Positions 37,303-46,608 of a DNA stretch of 64,000 nt are shown here, in pieces. This stretch comes from a virus. The stretch lies in IMG/VR virus record IMGVR_UViG_3300045988_122188; one strand, given 5' to 3'. The notes below the pieces were generated by a model, which saw nothing but the letters and a program-made list of their open reading frames with translations, was not told the origin of the DNA and did no database searches. Position 1 is the first letter of the stretch. Every line of letters starts with the position of its first letter. Made by a program: the position numbers and the translations under genes.

Positions 37303-39372
37303 TTAAAATTTAATTTTAAGAACTCTTTCTGTTGCACCCTTGACTTTAACGATCACATCATCTCGTTTTGTAGAACTGAAGCCAATTCCTGATAACTGGT
37401 TTGGATCATCTGCGACATGCATTTTGCTTCCTAAAGCCTCAAATACTCTCTTGTGCTGTACTAATTCCTGCTTCAAAAACTCATTGAAGAATCCATTTGG
37501 AGTATCTTCATTTACACATCCGTTTAACATAAACAGATAATGTTTATGTCCAATACCTGTCTGCTCGTCCCAATAGTTAGGTGAATAACACATTACTGTT
37601 ACTGGCACAAACTGATTTGTATTGATTCCACAGATTTCTCTTGAAGATGTTGTTGATGGAAGTTTCTCTTTGATTGTGAATACTCCATCTTTTAATGTAA
37701 CTGTAGCCACTGGAACATCTTCGTTCTGACGTAAAGGCTTATCATATTCAAATTCATAAATCTGTCCATCAAATTCAATCTCTGCTGTAAATCCAGAAAC
37801 TCCATTTCTATGAGCAAAATTTCTTACGAAAAATTCATATTCTCCGTCAACCATTTTGGATTTATCTGCCCATGTAATATTTTCTACGGCAGGCTCTCCT
37901 CTATGTGGATGAGTTACATCAACATCAAGGCTTCCACCAGTTGCATAATCATGCATTGAAGCATAATAGATATGATGACGTGGAGTTCTGCAATGTGCAT
38001 CAAAATCATCCTGATTCCAATCTGTATTTGCATTCCACTGAATTGAGAATCTTAAAACTCCATCAACCGCACCGCCTGCGTTCTTAACTCTTTCTTTCAT
38101 TTCACTGTCTGTCATATTTCCTGAATATGCCCAGCTGAAAGGATTACTCCACTTCATCATGTTCTTGGCATCTTTGTTTACAGGTGCGATCAGTGAAACC
38201 ATGTTCTTCTTATGTCGATTTTCAAACAAGACTTCTAATTCTTTTGCGGTTGGAAGAACATCTGATACAAATTTCTCTGCACTGATCTCTTCTACTTTAG
38301 AGAATTTCTTAGGATTTACAGCGACTTCCTTACTCATCTCATCAAAAATATCTAAGCCGCCCTGGATACGTGGTGCTGCATCACGATTACAAAACAGAAT
38401 ATTGTTTACCGTAATATCGTCAAGTCTTGCAAATCTACGCTGCAATGAATCCATATATCCTAAATCGGTTACAGTTTTCTTTGCATCCTCAAGCATTTTC
38501 TTCGTAAAAATTGCCTTTGGTCGTTTGTAATTCGCAGGAGCTACAACATTTTCATAAGCTTTTACTGCATTATCTAAATCCATACCTTCGCTGATATTCA
38601 CAAGTAATGTACCGATACTATGGTTTCTAATACGACCAATTACATCTCCGATCGTCATGGCTTTTGTCCATGTGTATGTATCTTTTTCTTCATCTGACAA
38701 ACCGTTGTATTCTCGCTGATATTTTCTAAAATCTTTTAATACTCTTTCCCATTCCTGTCCTCTATAAAGAGTATTTGAAGCAATCAGTTCTAATACTGTA
38801 TCAACAGCTTCTTCTGTAATTTCATCAAGTGATCTTTTAAACACATTCTTTCGATCTCTCACTTTTGCTTTAATTGTAGGAATATCAGATTTCCTTTCCA
38901 ATAACCTCTCTGGAATCGGTGTATACATATGAGTCCATTTGATAATCTGCTTATCTTCTGTATACTCATTTGTGGTTTTTGTACCAACTGTATTTGTAAA
39001 ATGTCTCCAAATATCTTTGATCGGCTTTGATTCGACATATGTTCTTAAGGCATCAACTACTGGCTGAAATACTACATCATCTGTGTCGATCTCCCAGATT
39101 GTATGAATCTTGCCGTCAACAATTGCCACAGCTCCACCGATTGTTTTAATAAAGTTTCGGCAATGACCACAGTCATATTCTCGTCGTTTGCGATACATTT
39201 TGTTTGTTCCTTCAGGAAAACTACTCAGATATACTTCCCACAGCACATCTTTATCAATATCAGTTTCATACAATGTAGAATTGTTTTTCTCTACATAGTC
39301 GAGCATTTTATTTAAACGCTCTGACAATTTGTTTAAAAAATTGCTCCAGTTTTCATTCATTGGCGTACACAT
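37303..39372 (-). CDS. Large conserved hypothetical protein (689 aa)
   Basis: Long ORF with no motif I could assign. It lies immediately downstream of the NAD island. Confidence 0.5.
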   Translation of the reverse strand: MCTPMNENWSNFLNKLSERLNKMLDYVEKNNSTLYETDIDKDVLWEVYLSSFPEGTNKMYRKRREYDCGHCRNFIKTIGGAVAIVDGKIHTIWEIDTDDVVFQPVVDALRTYVESKPIKDIWRHFTNTVGTKTTNEYTEDKQIIKWTHMYTPIPERLLERKSDIPTIKAKVRDRKNVFKRSLDEITEEAVDTVLELIASNTLYRGQEWERVLKDFRKYQREYNGLSDEEKDTYTWTKAMTIGDVIGRIRNHSIGTLLVNISEGMDLDNAVKAYENVVAPANYKRPKAIFTKKMLEDAKKTVTDLGYMDSLQRRFARLDDITVNNILFCNRDAAPRIQGGLDIFDEMSKEVAVNPKKFSKVEEISAEKFVSDVLPTAKELEVLFENRHKKNMVSLIAPVNKDAKNMMKWSNPFSWAYSGNMTDSEMKERVKNAGGAVDGVLRFSIQWNANTDWNQDDFDAHCRTPRHHIYYASMHDYATGGSLDVDVTHPHRGEPAVENITWADKSKMVDGEYEFFVRNFAHRNGVSGFTAEIEFDGQIYEFEYDKPLRQNEDVPVATVTLKDGVFTIKEKLPSTTSSREICGINTNQFVPVTVMCYSPNYWDEQTGIGHKHYLFMLNGCVNEDTPNGFFNEFLKQELVQHKRVFEALGSKMHVADDPNQLSGIGFSSTKRDDVIVKVKGATERVLKIKF

Positions 39373-39393
39373 AATTTATCTCCTTTTCATGTA

Positions 39394-40707
39394 TTATTTA
39401 ATTGCTACGAAGATTTCATAACTCTTATTGTCATTGATATAAATTTCTTTGCCCTTGAGTTCTGGGAAATACTTCTTAGCAAGTTTCTTAAATTCCTTAA
39501 TCTTTTGACCATTCTCGTCCTCATATGATTCTTTAAGTGGATCAAACATTAATTCTTCTTTCTTTACGACAAAGAATTTTGCATGAGGCAAACCTTTTCT
39601 TTCTTCTTCTCTCTGCTTGTCATTCTCAAGAATTTTTTCTAATTTGCATAAATTTTCTGTTACTTCAATACAGCTGCTTGGATATTTCACATATTTGTTT
39701 GTCCAGAAGTCAACTGCATCATGAGCACCTGCGTTGCCGCAAAGGTATTTTAATACACAGGTTTTGAAGCCATTTTCTCTGTCATACACATCATTTCCTT
39801 CTACATACGCAACAGTTTCCGATCCAGAAGTCCATAAGATTTTAACCATTCCATGATAATGTTTTACTTTAAACACTGGTTCGCCATCTTTTTCAATCTG
39901 TTTACCGTTATTGTCTAACATTGGTTCTTTTACTGTAATTTCTTTATCAACATAAATCGGTTTCTTAATCATTTCTTTTAAATTCTTCGTATACATTTCT
40001 TTCTCCTCTTCGTTTTCTGTAAGTTCACTCATGATTTCATCCAATTTTTCTGACGAAAACGTTAAAGTCGCACTCGTTTCACCATTCCAATCATCAAGTG
40101 TTGGTGCGTCTGCTCGTAATCCACGTTCAGTTTCGGATCCTCCATAACATTCTTTCCACCAATTCTTTTCTGCTTCTGACGTTGCAGTAATTGGTTTTTG
40201 CTGATAGTGTGGCAGAGCAGACACTCTTCTTTCTGAAAGTGGTGGTGGGGCTAATGTTCCAATTTTTATTTCGTCAGCTAAAATCGTACCTGTATGAATC
40301 TCAAGATCCTCGTTCATTGTTTCTTGTCTTGTGATTCTAATAGCAGCTTCTGTCGAATTTATACTTTGTAATCTATATCGCAGTTTTTCGTGCCAATATG
40401 GCACAATAATATTTACTACATCATTTTTATAAACATCCATTACAATTGACTCCGCATCATCAAACACCTTATATTGATAAGGATGTAATGTTTTAGTAAT
40501 TATACCTTGAGGTTTTATCGTGTAGGTAGCTATTATCGCTGAACCAAACTTTAATTCAACTGTCTCAATTTTAAACTTTACATACACATCATCGTTATCT
40601 ACTTCGACAATCTCTCCTACATTAAATGATGAAATCTGATTATGATTATATTTAACTTCTTTACCATTCATACAGCGTATCCAAACGCCCGTTTTATTTT
40701 CTTCCAT
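39394..40707 (-). CDS. Hypothetical protein (437 aa)
   Basis: Long ORF. Confidence 0.5.
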   Translation of the reverse strand: MEENKTGVWIRCMNGKEVKYNHNQISSFNVGEIVEVDNDDVYVKFKIETVELKFGSAIIATYTIKPQGIITKTLHPYQYKVFDDAESIVMDVYKNDVVNIIVPYWHEKLRYRLQSINSTEAAIRITRQETMNEDLEIHTGTILADEIKIGTLAPPPLSERRVSALPHYQQKPITATSEAEKNWWKECYGGSETERGLRADAPTLDDWNGETSATLTFSSEKLDEIMSELTENEEEKEMYTKNLKEMIKKPIYVDKEITVKEPMLDNNGKQIEKDGEPVFKVKHYHGMVKILWTSGSETVAYVEGNDVYDRENGFKTCVLKYLCGNAGAHDAVDFWTNKYVKYPSSCIEVTENLCKLEKILENDKQREEERKGLPHAKFFVVKKEELMFDPLKESYEDENGQKIKEFKKLAKKYFPELKGKEIYINDNKSYEIFVAIK

Positions 40708-40721
40708 ACGATTCTCCTTTT

Positions 40722-41177
40722 TTAATTTCTTAATTCACAAGGTACTTTTACATTAAATGTATCTTCACGCTTGTATTTTCCTATCAAAATGGTAATAATG
40801 ACATCTGAATCTAACGTATCGACAAACGAATATATTCCATTTCGTTTTCTTTCAATACCAAACGAATCATATATACGCAATATCCACCTTTCTTTATCAA
40901 GCAAAGCTGAAACACTAAACATATAAATATTATCCAAATGTTTTTCATCGCAGATTGTATAATGAACTCTTGGCATTAACTCTCTTGTGTGTAATCGTAG
41001 ATCACCTACATCTTCATTAATCACTACATATGTTTTTTCTTTTCCATTTTGCTTATTTAATACTTTAATGCAGTCTCCTGAGTGTGGACTATATTCTATT
41101 TCATCTGGTTTAAAATATCTTTGTCCTAATTCCCCAAACTTTTGTATGTAAATACCCATATTTCTCCTTTCTAACAT
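40722..41177 (-). CDS. Hypothetical protein
   Basis: ORF of 151 aa. Confidence 0.45.
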   Translation of the reverse strand: MLERRNMGIYIQKFGELGQRYFKPDEIEYSPHSGDCIKVLNKQNGKEKTYVVINEDVGDLRLHTRELMPRVHYTICDEKHLDNIYMFSVSALLDKERWILRIYDSFGIERKRNGIYSFVDTLDSDVIITILIGKYKREDTFNVKVPCELRN

Positions 41178-41242
41178 AATATTTACATTTTAATTTTGCA
41201 CAAATGCCTGTGCGAGTCATCATATATAATAAGGAAGAAACT

Positions 41243-41893
41243 CTACCCAATTATATTCTGGATCAGCTCATAATACTTTGTCCTGCCGACATACGACTTA
41301 TGTTCTGCATCTTTTAATTCTTTCTTCAAAGTACATATATCTTTCTGATTATCCATACAATTCTGCATCACTTCTATGTATCGAATACAATTCTTGATTT
41401 TTCTGTGTAATTCTTGTAAGGTTTTAAGATACCCAACAATCACTGCACGTTTCGCAGCATCAATCTTTTTAAACTCAATCGCATGAAGAATATCACTTCT
41501 GGCAGAATCGGCATATGATAATGCCTGCTCTAATTCAAACTTCTTTTCTCCTAATTGATCTGAGTCATATGCTAGAAGTCCTACTATAGCTCTTTCCTCA
41601 GTCTCTATATTGTCGATCAATGTATTATCACATTCCCAATCCATAAAGCAATTTCCATTACCCTTACGCATTATTTCACTAGATTCCATAGGTTTTCCAA
41701 CTTTACCTAGCTCAATTTCTCTGGCATGAAATCCGTCTTTCATCCACGTATATTTATGCTTCAAACCTAAAATGTGCTTTGCTTGTTTGGAGGTAAATTG
41801 AGTAGCTTCAGACTTACGGTTATCACGAACGTATCTATTTCTTGCATGATCTCTTTTCACATAGAACTCTTCATTCGTAATTATGTATTTCAT
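41243..41893 (-). CDS. Hypothetical protein
   Basis: ORF of 216 aa. Confidence 0.45.
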   Translation of the reverse strand: MKYIITNEEFYVKRDHARNRYVRDNRKSEATQFTSKQAKHILGLKHKYTWMKDGFHAREIELGKVGKPMESSEIMRKGNGNCFMDWECDNTLIDNIETEERAIVGLLAYDSDQLGEKKFELEQALSYADSARSDILHAIEFKKIDAAKRAVIVGYLKTLQELHRKIKNCIRYIEVMQNCMDNQKDICTLKKELKDAEHKSYVGRTKYYELIQNIIG

Positions 41894-41939
41894 ACATCAC
41901 TCCTGTATTTAATTGTAGTTTTTTGGAAAAATTTTCATG

Positions 41940-41968
41940 TTGACGAACATGTTTAGAATTGTTATAAT
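41940..41968 (+). promoter_or_regulatory. Near-consensus sigma-A promoter on the plus strand: TTGACG, 17 nt, extended -10 TGtTATAAT
   Basis: -35 at 41940-41945, TG at 41960-41961, -10 at 41963-41968. There is no plus-strand protein gene downstream. Confidence 0.65.
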
Positions 41969-41974
41969 GATTTT

Positions 41975-42070
41975 AAGGATATTATTATCCTTTCAGATTA
42001 AACAATTCTAAATATCAAATTCGATTTTCTATCGTGCTGCCAACACGGTAGATTCAAAAAATCTTTTTTT
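41975..42070 (+). ncRNA. Candidate ~95-nt small RNA
   Basis: Bounded by the promoter above and an intrinsic terminator (AGATT/AATCT stem plus TTTTTTT at 42050-42070). Two internal hairpins: AGGATA-TTAT-TATCCT and CTATCGTG-CTGCCAA-CACGGTAG. Confidence 0.45.
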
Positions 42071-42086
42071 GTTATCTATGATTTGT

Positions 42087-42452
42087 TTAGTTGAAATTTT
42101 TAGTTTGTGTGAAAGTAGAAGTTTTACCAAAGACTTCTGCTTTCTTTTTTATTGTCTGTATTTTTATTCCAACATTGTATCTCTCTTTGTATGTAAATTG
42201 CAGGCATTTGATTATGTCAAATATGTCGTCCTGCCTAATATGAGAGAACAAATTCTCATCTTGAATAAATTCGATCCAATGATATGAAAGATCTTTATCT
42301 TTGCCATAGATCTTCATCTTTCTATCATCTGCTCGAATCTTATATTCACTCAGAAACCACGATGACATTTCTGATGAGTGTAAATCAAGTACATCAATAT
42401 GCATTTGATTTGATTGATTCGCTGCTAACATTTCTAATATTTGATTGTCCAT
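42087..42452 (-). CDS. Hypothetical protein
   Basis: ORF of 121 aa. Confidence 0.45.
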   Translation of the reverse strand: MDNQILEMLAANQSNQMHIDVLDLHSSEMSSWFLSEYKIRADDRKMKIYGKDKDLSYHWIEFIQDENLFSHIRQDDIFDIIKCLQFTYKERYNVGIKIQTIKKKAEVFGKTSTFTQTKNFN

Positions 42453-42466
42453 ACATATACCTTCCT

Positions 42467-43495
42467 TTATTCTGCCATGATTTGATGTACACGATAATTC
42501 TTATAGTCCTCATCTTTATATAGGTAACCAATACTTTTACCGATTACCGTTTGACGATCACTAAATTGTTTCTTCTTTATTCTATATGATATATAATAAT
42601 TATAATAAAAATCAATTGCAATATCACTAAATTGACGTGCGATTACAGATCGTGCAATTCCTTCTTTTGATTTAATATAATATAAATCTGCAATTGCCTT
42701 GATATCCATTTTAGATTTTAAATATTGTATAAAACCAGAATTAATAACATCAATGGTTGTCAATTTTTCATAAGATAAAGTATTGCCTGTTAATTCTAAT
42801 TGAGACTGCACATTATTATATATCCTCTTTTGCTCTGCTTTATATTCTTCTATATTATTACATTTTTTTCGTGGTATTAATACAAAATCATCATATATAT
42901 TCGTATCTCCCATTTTCAATTTATATTCATTCAATGTCTCGATAAAATCTTTGGAGACTGGTTTCCCAAAAATTGTTAAATCATTTTGATTAATATCCGA
43001 GAATTTTAGATTTCTTAACTCCTTTCCATTTATCCCATTATATAAACTCACAATGTGAAATCTAGTATTCAATTTGGTATCGGCTGATGCATTGCACGAC
43101 ATCAGATTCGAAATAAACGCATTTATTTTATCTGGCGTAACATAATTAACATTAACTCTATTTGAAAAATATATATCAACTGCTAATTGCAAGTTTATAA
43201 ATTTATCATTAACAAATGGATTATATTTAATGTAATTTTGTTCATATGCATAAGTATACAATTTCACAAGCTGGTCATATCTTTTTTTAATAGAATTCAT
43301 ACTTTTGGTTTTTTTACCTCTAGTATCTGATAATATAGCCTTTTGGATTGTGCCTGGTGCATACGTTAACCCAGATTCATTGTCGTCCGCAATATCAGAA
43401 TCTAATAACCAATTCCATGTTGGGCGACGTGATTCTGATACGTGAGAATCTATATAATTTTGTATCAATTCTTTATTATTCATAACATTCTCCAT
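42467..43495 (-). CDS. Tyrosine-recombinase-like protein; canonical catalytic motifs are not evident
   Basis: N-terminal SAM-like region and a box-I-like segment ELRNLKFSDIN. No clear HxxR or terminal Tyr motif. Immediately downstream of the MazF-like gene. Confidence 0.3.
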   Translation of the reverse strand: MENVMNNKELIQNYIDSHVSESRRPTWNWLLDSDIADDNESGLTYAPGTIQKAILSDTRGKKTKSMNSIKKRYDQLVKLYTYAYEQNYIKYNPFVNDKFINLQLAVDIYFSNRVNVNYVTPDKINAFISNLMSCNASADTKLNTRFHIVSLYNGINGKELRNLKFSDINQNDLTIFGKPVSKDFIETLNEYKLKMGDTNIYDDFVLIPRKKCNNIEEYKAEQKRIYNNVQSQLELTGNTLSYEKLTTIDVINSGFIQYLKSKMDIKAIADLYYIKSKEGIARSVIARQFSDIAIDFYYNYYISYRIKKKQFSDRQTVIGKSIGYLYKDEDYKNYRVHQIMAE

Positions 43496-43497
43496 TT

Positions 43498-43947
43498 CTA
43501 GGATGCCATTGCATTCATGTACGATAACATGCCGTTTTGTATTAAAATGCCATGCCCTATTTTTAACATTAAAGATAGATCAGATATTCTTCCCCAATAC
43601 TCTAAAAGATTATTCTTTGGAATTGTTCTTCCTTGCTCTAAATACACCTGTGATACCATTTTTAATCCATTACTGGTATTTGGATAAATGGTCACATGTG
43701 TCGGTATCCAGTTCCTTAATTTTTTTGTAATTGGATACACGTTAATCTCAGTGCTTGTATTATTACAAATATTATTAGAATATACGATGACTGGTCTTTT
43801 CCCATGCAAGATGTGACTACCTTCAATTTTCGGCAAATCTGCAAAATATATTCCCCAAACTTGAGGATTTTGATATTTGCCATATACATATTCTTTTCTT
43901 TTTCTGTTATCGTTTCCTTTTCTTTCTTTGTTAGTATATCCGTTCAT
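43498..43947 (-). CDS. MazF/PemK/EndoA-family endoribonuclease toxin homolog with a basic N-terminal extension
   Basis: GIYFADL...GKRPVIVYSNNICN...IPTHVTIY...SQVYLEQGRTIPKNNL matches B. subtilis EndoA as recalled (VYFADL, RPVLVIQND, LPTHVEI, ILLEQIRTIDKQRL). Start set at MNGY, which has a GAGGG RBS; the longest ORF begins at 43977. Confidence 0.8.
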   Translation of the reverse strand: MNGYTNKERKGNDNRKRKEYVYGKYQNPQVWGIYFADLPKIEGSHILHGKRPVIVYSNNICNNTSTEINVYPITKKLRNWIPTHVTIYPNTSNGLKMVSQVYLEQGRTIPKNNLLEYWGRISDLSLMLKIGHGILIQNGMLSYMNAMAS

Positions 43948-43996
43948 TTTACGTCCCTCAACTTTCCCCAGTTGCATTTTTTATTTTCATGAATTA

Positions 43997-44034
43997 AATA
44001 TACCATACTTTTTGCACCCTGTCAATAGGTGCAA
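43997..44034 (-). promoter_or_regulatory. Promoter with operator (copy B): -35 TTGACA at 44020-44025, 17-nt spacer, -10 TATATT at 43997-44002; inverted repeat TTGCACC/GGTGCAA
   Basis: Read directly. Near-identical to copy A at 1980..2017. Confidence 0.6.
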
Positions 44035-44106
44035 GAAAGAAAGTTAATTTTTATTGTGAACAAAGAATCTCTACATTTCTTATTATAATGCTACCATAGA
44101 ACAAAA

Positions 44107-44427
44107 TCAAGATATTTTTCGAACAGATGTTCTCTTTTTGTTCGAACACTTTACTTTGTGCTTACTTGGAAGGGGGAAATACTGTCTAACTTTATGAGGC
44201 TTATCCAGTTTCCATTTCTTTTCTTCAAAATCATAGTCACAAAAATCAAGCACTTCGTCCACACATCCATCATTATATTTGTAATCCACAATAACGGGAT
44301 ATGTTTTATATCTCATATAACGTGATGCATTATCTGGTTTTAGTGGCGGAATCTCGGCTGAAATCCACATAAGATTCTGGTTTGCTTTCTTTTCTTCCTT
44401 ATTTTGTCTAATCGTATTTATCTTCAT
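44107..44427 (-). CDS. Hypothetical protein
   Basis: ORF of 106 aa. Confidence 0.4.
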   Translation of the reverse strand: MKINTIRQNKEEKKANQNLMWISAEIPPLKPDNASRYMRYKTYPVIVDYKYNDGCVDEVLDFCDYDFEEKKWKLDKPHKVRQYFPLPSKHKVKCSNKKRTSVRKIS

Positions 44428-44438
44428 ACAAAATTCTC

Positions 44439-45185
44439 CTATAAAATCCTAATAATTTGTTCGTAAATTGCAATCGCATTATCTCCTGGAAAGTTCTGGT
44501 TCACATGCATATGCCCAAAGAACCATTTTTGATAAATCACTTTGTCTTTTATTTGCTGTAAATAATCCGTTAACTTGTCAGATTTGTACACTCCTGATCC
44601 TTGATCCATTTGTCTTAAAACAGATGTGTATGGACTATGTGTAATAACGTAATCTACTTGGAAGTCATTTTTCTCTAAATTCATCACACCTTCTGCCATC
44701 TCTTTATCAGATGGCAATTCTTCTTTCCACCAGCTCACATGATTAATCCTAAACATTTTGTCATAATCTCTGTACCATTCATTAATTCTTGGATCGTCTG
44801 GCTCTAAAATTCCATCTTGCACATCATGGGAACTGGCACCGCCAAATGTAAAGAATTTCTTTCCTTGAATTTCAAACACCTGTCCACGCATAAGATGAAA
44901 TACAGAGTCTTTGATCTTGTGAATCTTTCCGCCACACCATTTCTCTACAGGATATTGATATAAGCGGTCGTAATTTTCATGATTCCCACATACAAACAAT
45001 GTAGTAAATGGCTTGTTATCTAACCATTCCAGATTATATCGTTCTTCTTTTGTGTCATGCCACAGTCCAAAATCTCCGCAGATAATCACATAATCATCTT
45101 TGGTTAACTCAACTCCCTCTGGGAAAGAACGACTGTTTAATCGAGTCATCCAATCCCCATGTGTATCTCCTGTTACAAATATCAT
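44439..45185 (-). CDS. Calcineurin-like metallophosphoesterase
   Basis: MIFVTGDTHGD, IICGDFG and GNHENYD motifs. Confidence 0.8.
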   Translation of the reverse strand: MIFVTGDTHGDWMTRLNSRSFPEGVELTKDDYVIICGDFGLWHDTKEERYNLEWLDNKPFTTLFVCGNHENYDRLYQYPVEKWCGGKIHKIKDSVFHLMRGQVFEIQGKKFFTFGGASSHDVQDGILEPDDPRINEWYRDYDKMFRINHVSWWKEELPSDKEMAEGVMNLEKNDFQVDYVITHSPYTSVLRQMDQGSGVYKSDKLTDYLQQIKDKVIYQKWFFGHMHVNQNFPGDNAIAIYEQIIRIL

Positions 45186-46132
45186 ACAATTACTCCTTCC
45201 AATAACTCTTCTAATGCCTGCATATTATCTTCATGTACTCTATCATCTTGATCTGCATCATCTTTGCCAGTCTTATAAGCAAACTTGATAATCTCCATAA
45301 CTCTATCATAACTCACATTAACAACATTTTCCTTCAATCCGTTAAAAGCCCCACTGATAATTTCCTTGTATGTCTGCGCAATATCATCAAACAATACATG
45401 AGTTTCTTCCTCTGTGATTGTTGCATACAGAAATGTCATTGCAGGGCTACTATGATTCAATAATCTCATAAGTGTATACAATACGTTCTGATCATCTTTA
45501 TGATCGACAAGTGTCCAATACACAAAGTTCTTTCGTAATGTATGCGTACCAATATTGTCCTCAATTCCAACTGCTTTAGCACCTTTTTTAACAAAATCCA
45601 AAGCATTTGCTTCAGTCATGTGTCCTGATCCAGACTTACATGTTCCAAAAACATAATCATCCATTGGCACTTCGCCATCAATCTTGACATCATATTTAGT
45701 TCCTGCAACAGCTTCAAAGAAAATATCCACTGCTTCAGTTACCAAATCGTTAAAGTATACAGTTCTGAATTTCTTTGTTTTCTTTTCCTGCTTACGAGTC
45801 TTATCGTTTAATAAATCGCCCCATTTGAGTCTGACGATATCAGAGATACGATATGCTGTATTGTTTCCAACTGCAACCAAAAGATTGTTTCTGGCAGCTA
45901 CATATCGTTTGTACTCTGTGTACGATTTATCAATCTGGTCTCTAAAATATGCATTAAAGGCTGCAAATTTTTCTTTGTTCTTAATTGGATACACTAAAGA
46001 TGATACGCCTTTTTGTTTATTAGATCGAGTCCATTTAGGATTTCCGTCCTTACGTCTTTTGATCTTTGCTTCAGGTTCTTCTGCGTTATTATTGTTTGCT
46101 GTTTTAATAACTTCAAACTGTGTTGCTGCCAT
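45182..46132 (-). CDS. int: Tyrosine-type site-specific recombinase / integrase
   Basis: Box I AYRISDIVRLKWGDL, box II GTHTLRKNF, and LLNHSSPAMTFLY carrying the catalytic His and Tyr. Confidence 0.75.
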   Translation of the reverse strand: MAATQFEVIKTANNNNAEEPEAKIKRRKDGNPKWTRSNKQKGVSSLVYPIKNKEKFAAFNAYFRDQIDKSYTEYKRYVAARNNLLVAVGNNTAYRISDIVRLKWGDLLNDKTRKQEKKTKKFRTVYFNDLVTEAVDIFFEAVAGTKYDVKIDGEVPMDDYVFGTCKSGSGHMTEANALDFVKKGAKAVGIEDNIGTHTLRKNFVYWTLVDHKDDQNVLYTLMRLLNHSSPAMTFLYATITEEETHVLFDDIAQTYKEIISGAFNGLKENVVNVSYDRVMEIIKFAYKTGKDDADQDDRVHEDNMQALEELLEGVIV

Positions 46133-46158
46133 GATAATCTCTCCTCTCTTAATTATTC

Positions 46159-46491
46159 TTACACTCTCTTAATTACTTTTTCTATTTCCTGTGCCAACAG
46201 AAAATCATTTATTGCATTTTCATCGTCAGTAATCAATGTATATTTCCATACTGGGGAACCATGATATGATATATCTTCAACCTTAAATAATGCTCTTTTA
46301 CCAGTGTTATTTTCTCTATGATCTGACTCCAATAACTCTGTATGAATTCCCCAACTATCATATAGATGTCCATCGTATAGTATTTGAGCCGCAGCTATTA
46401 ATATATTATATTTACTCACATCAACCTCTGTATTCACTGTTCCGTATAATTTCATTGTTCCAATCTCCTCTCTAATTATTGCACTGTTCAC
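46159..46491 (-). CDS. Hypothetical protein
   Basis: ORF of 110 aa. Confidence 0.4.
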   Translation of the reverse strand: MNSAIIREEIGTMKLYGTVNTEVDVSKYNILIAAAQILYDGHLYDSWGIHTELLESDHRENNTGKRALFKVEDISYHGSPVWKYTLITDDENAINDFLLAQEIEKVIKRV

Positions 46492-46555
46492 GTACTTCTG
46501 GTCTAATTTCTACTTCGATTAATTCCATAATTCTTACTCCTATTCTCTAAATTTA

Positions 46556-46584
46556 GGCAAAATAAAAAGAAGCCATAAGCTTCT
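46556..46584 (-). terminator. Intrinsic terminator (AGAAGC/GCTTCT stem plus T-run on the minus strand)
   Basis: Stem at 46568-46573 and 46579-46584. The plus-strand A-run at 46558-46567 gives a U-tract on the minus transcript. Lies downstream of gene 46609..47073. Confidence 0.5.
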
Positions 46585-46608
46585 CAATCTCATTCTGTTA
46601 TTCAATTT

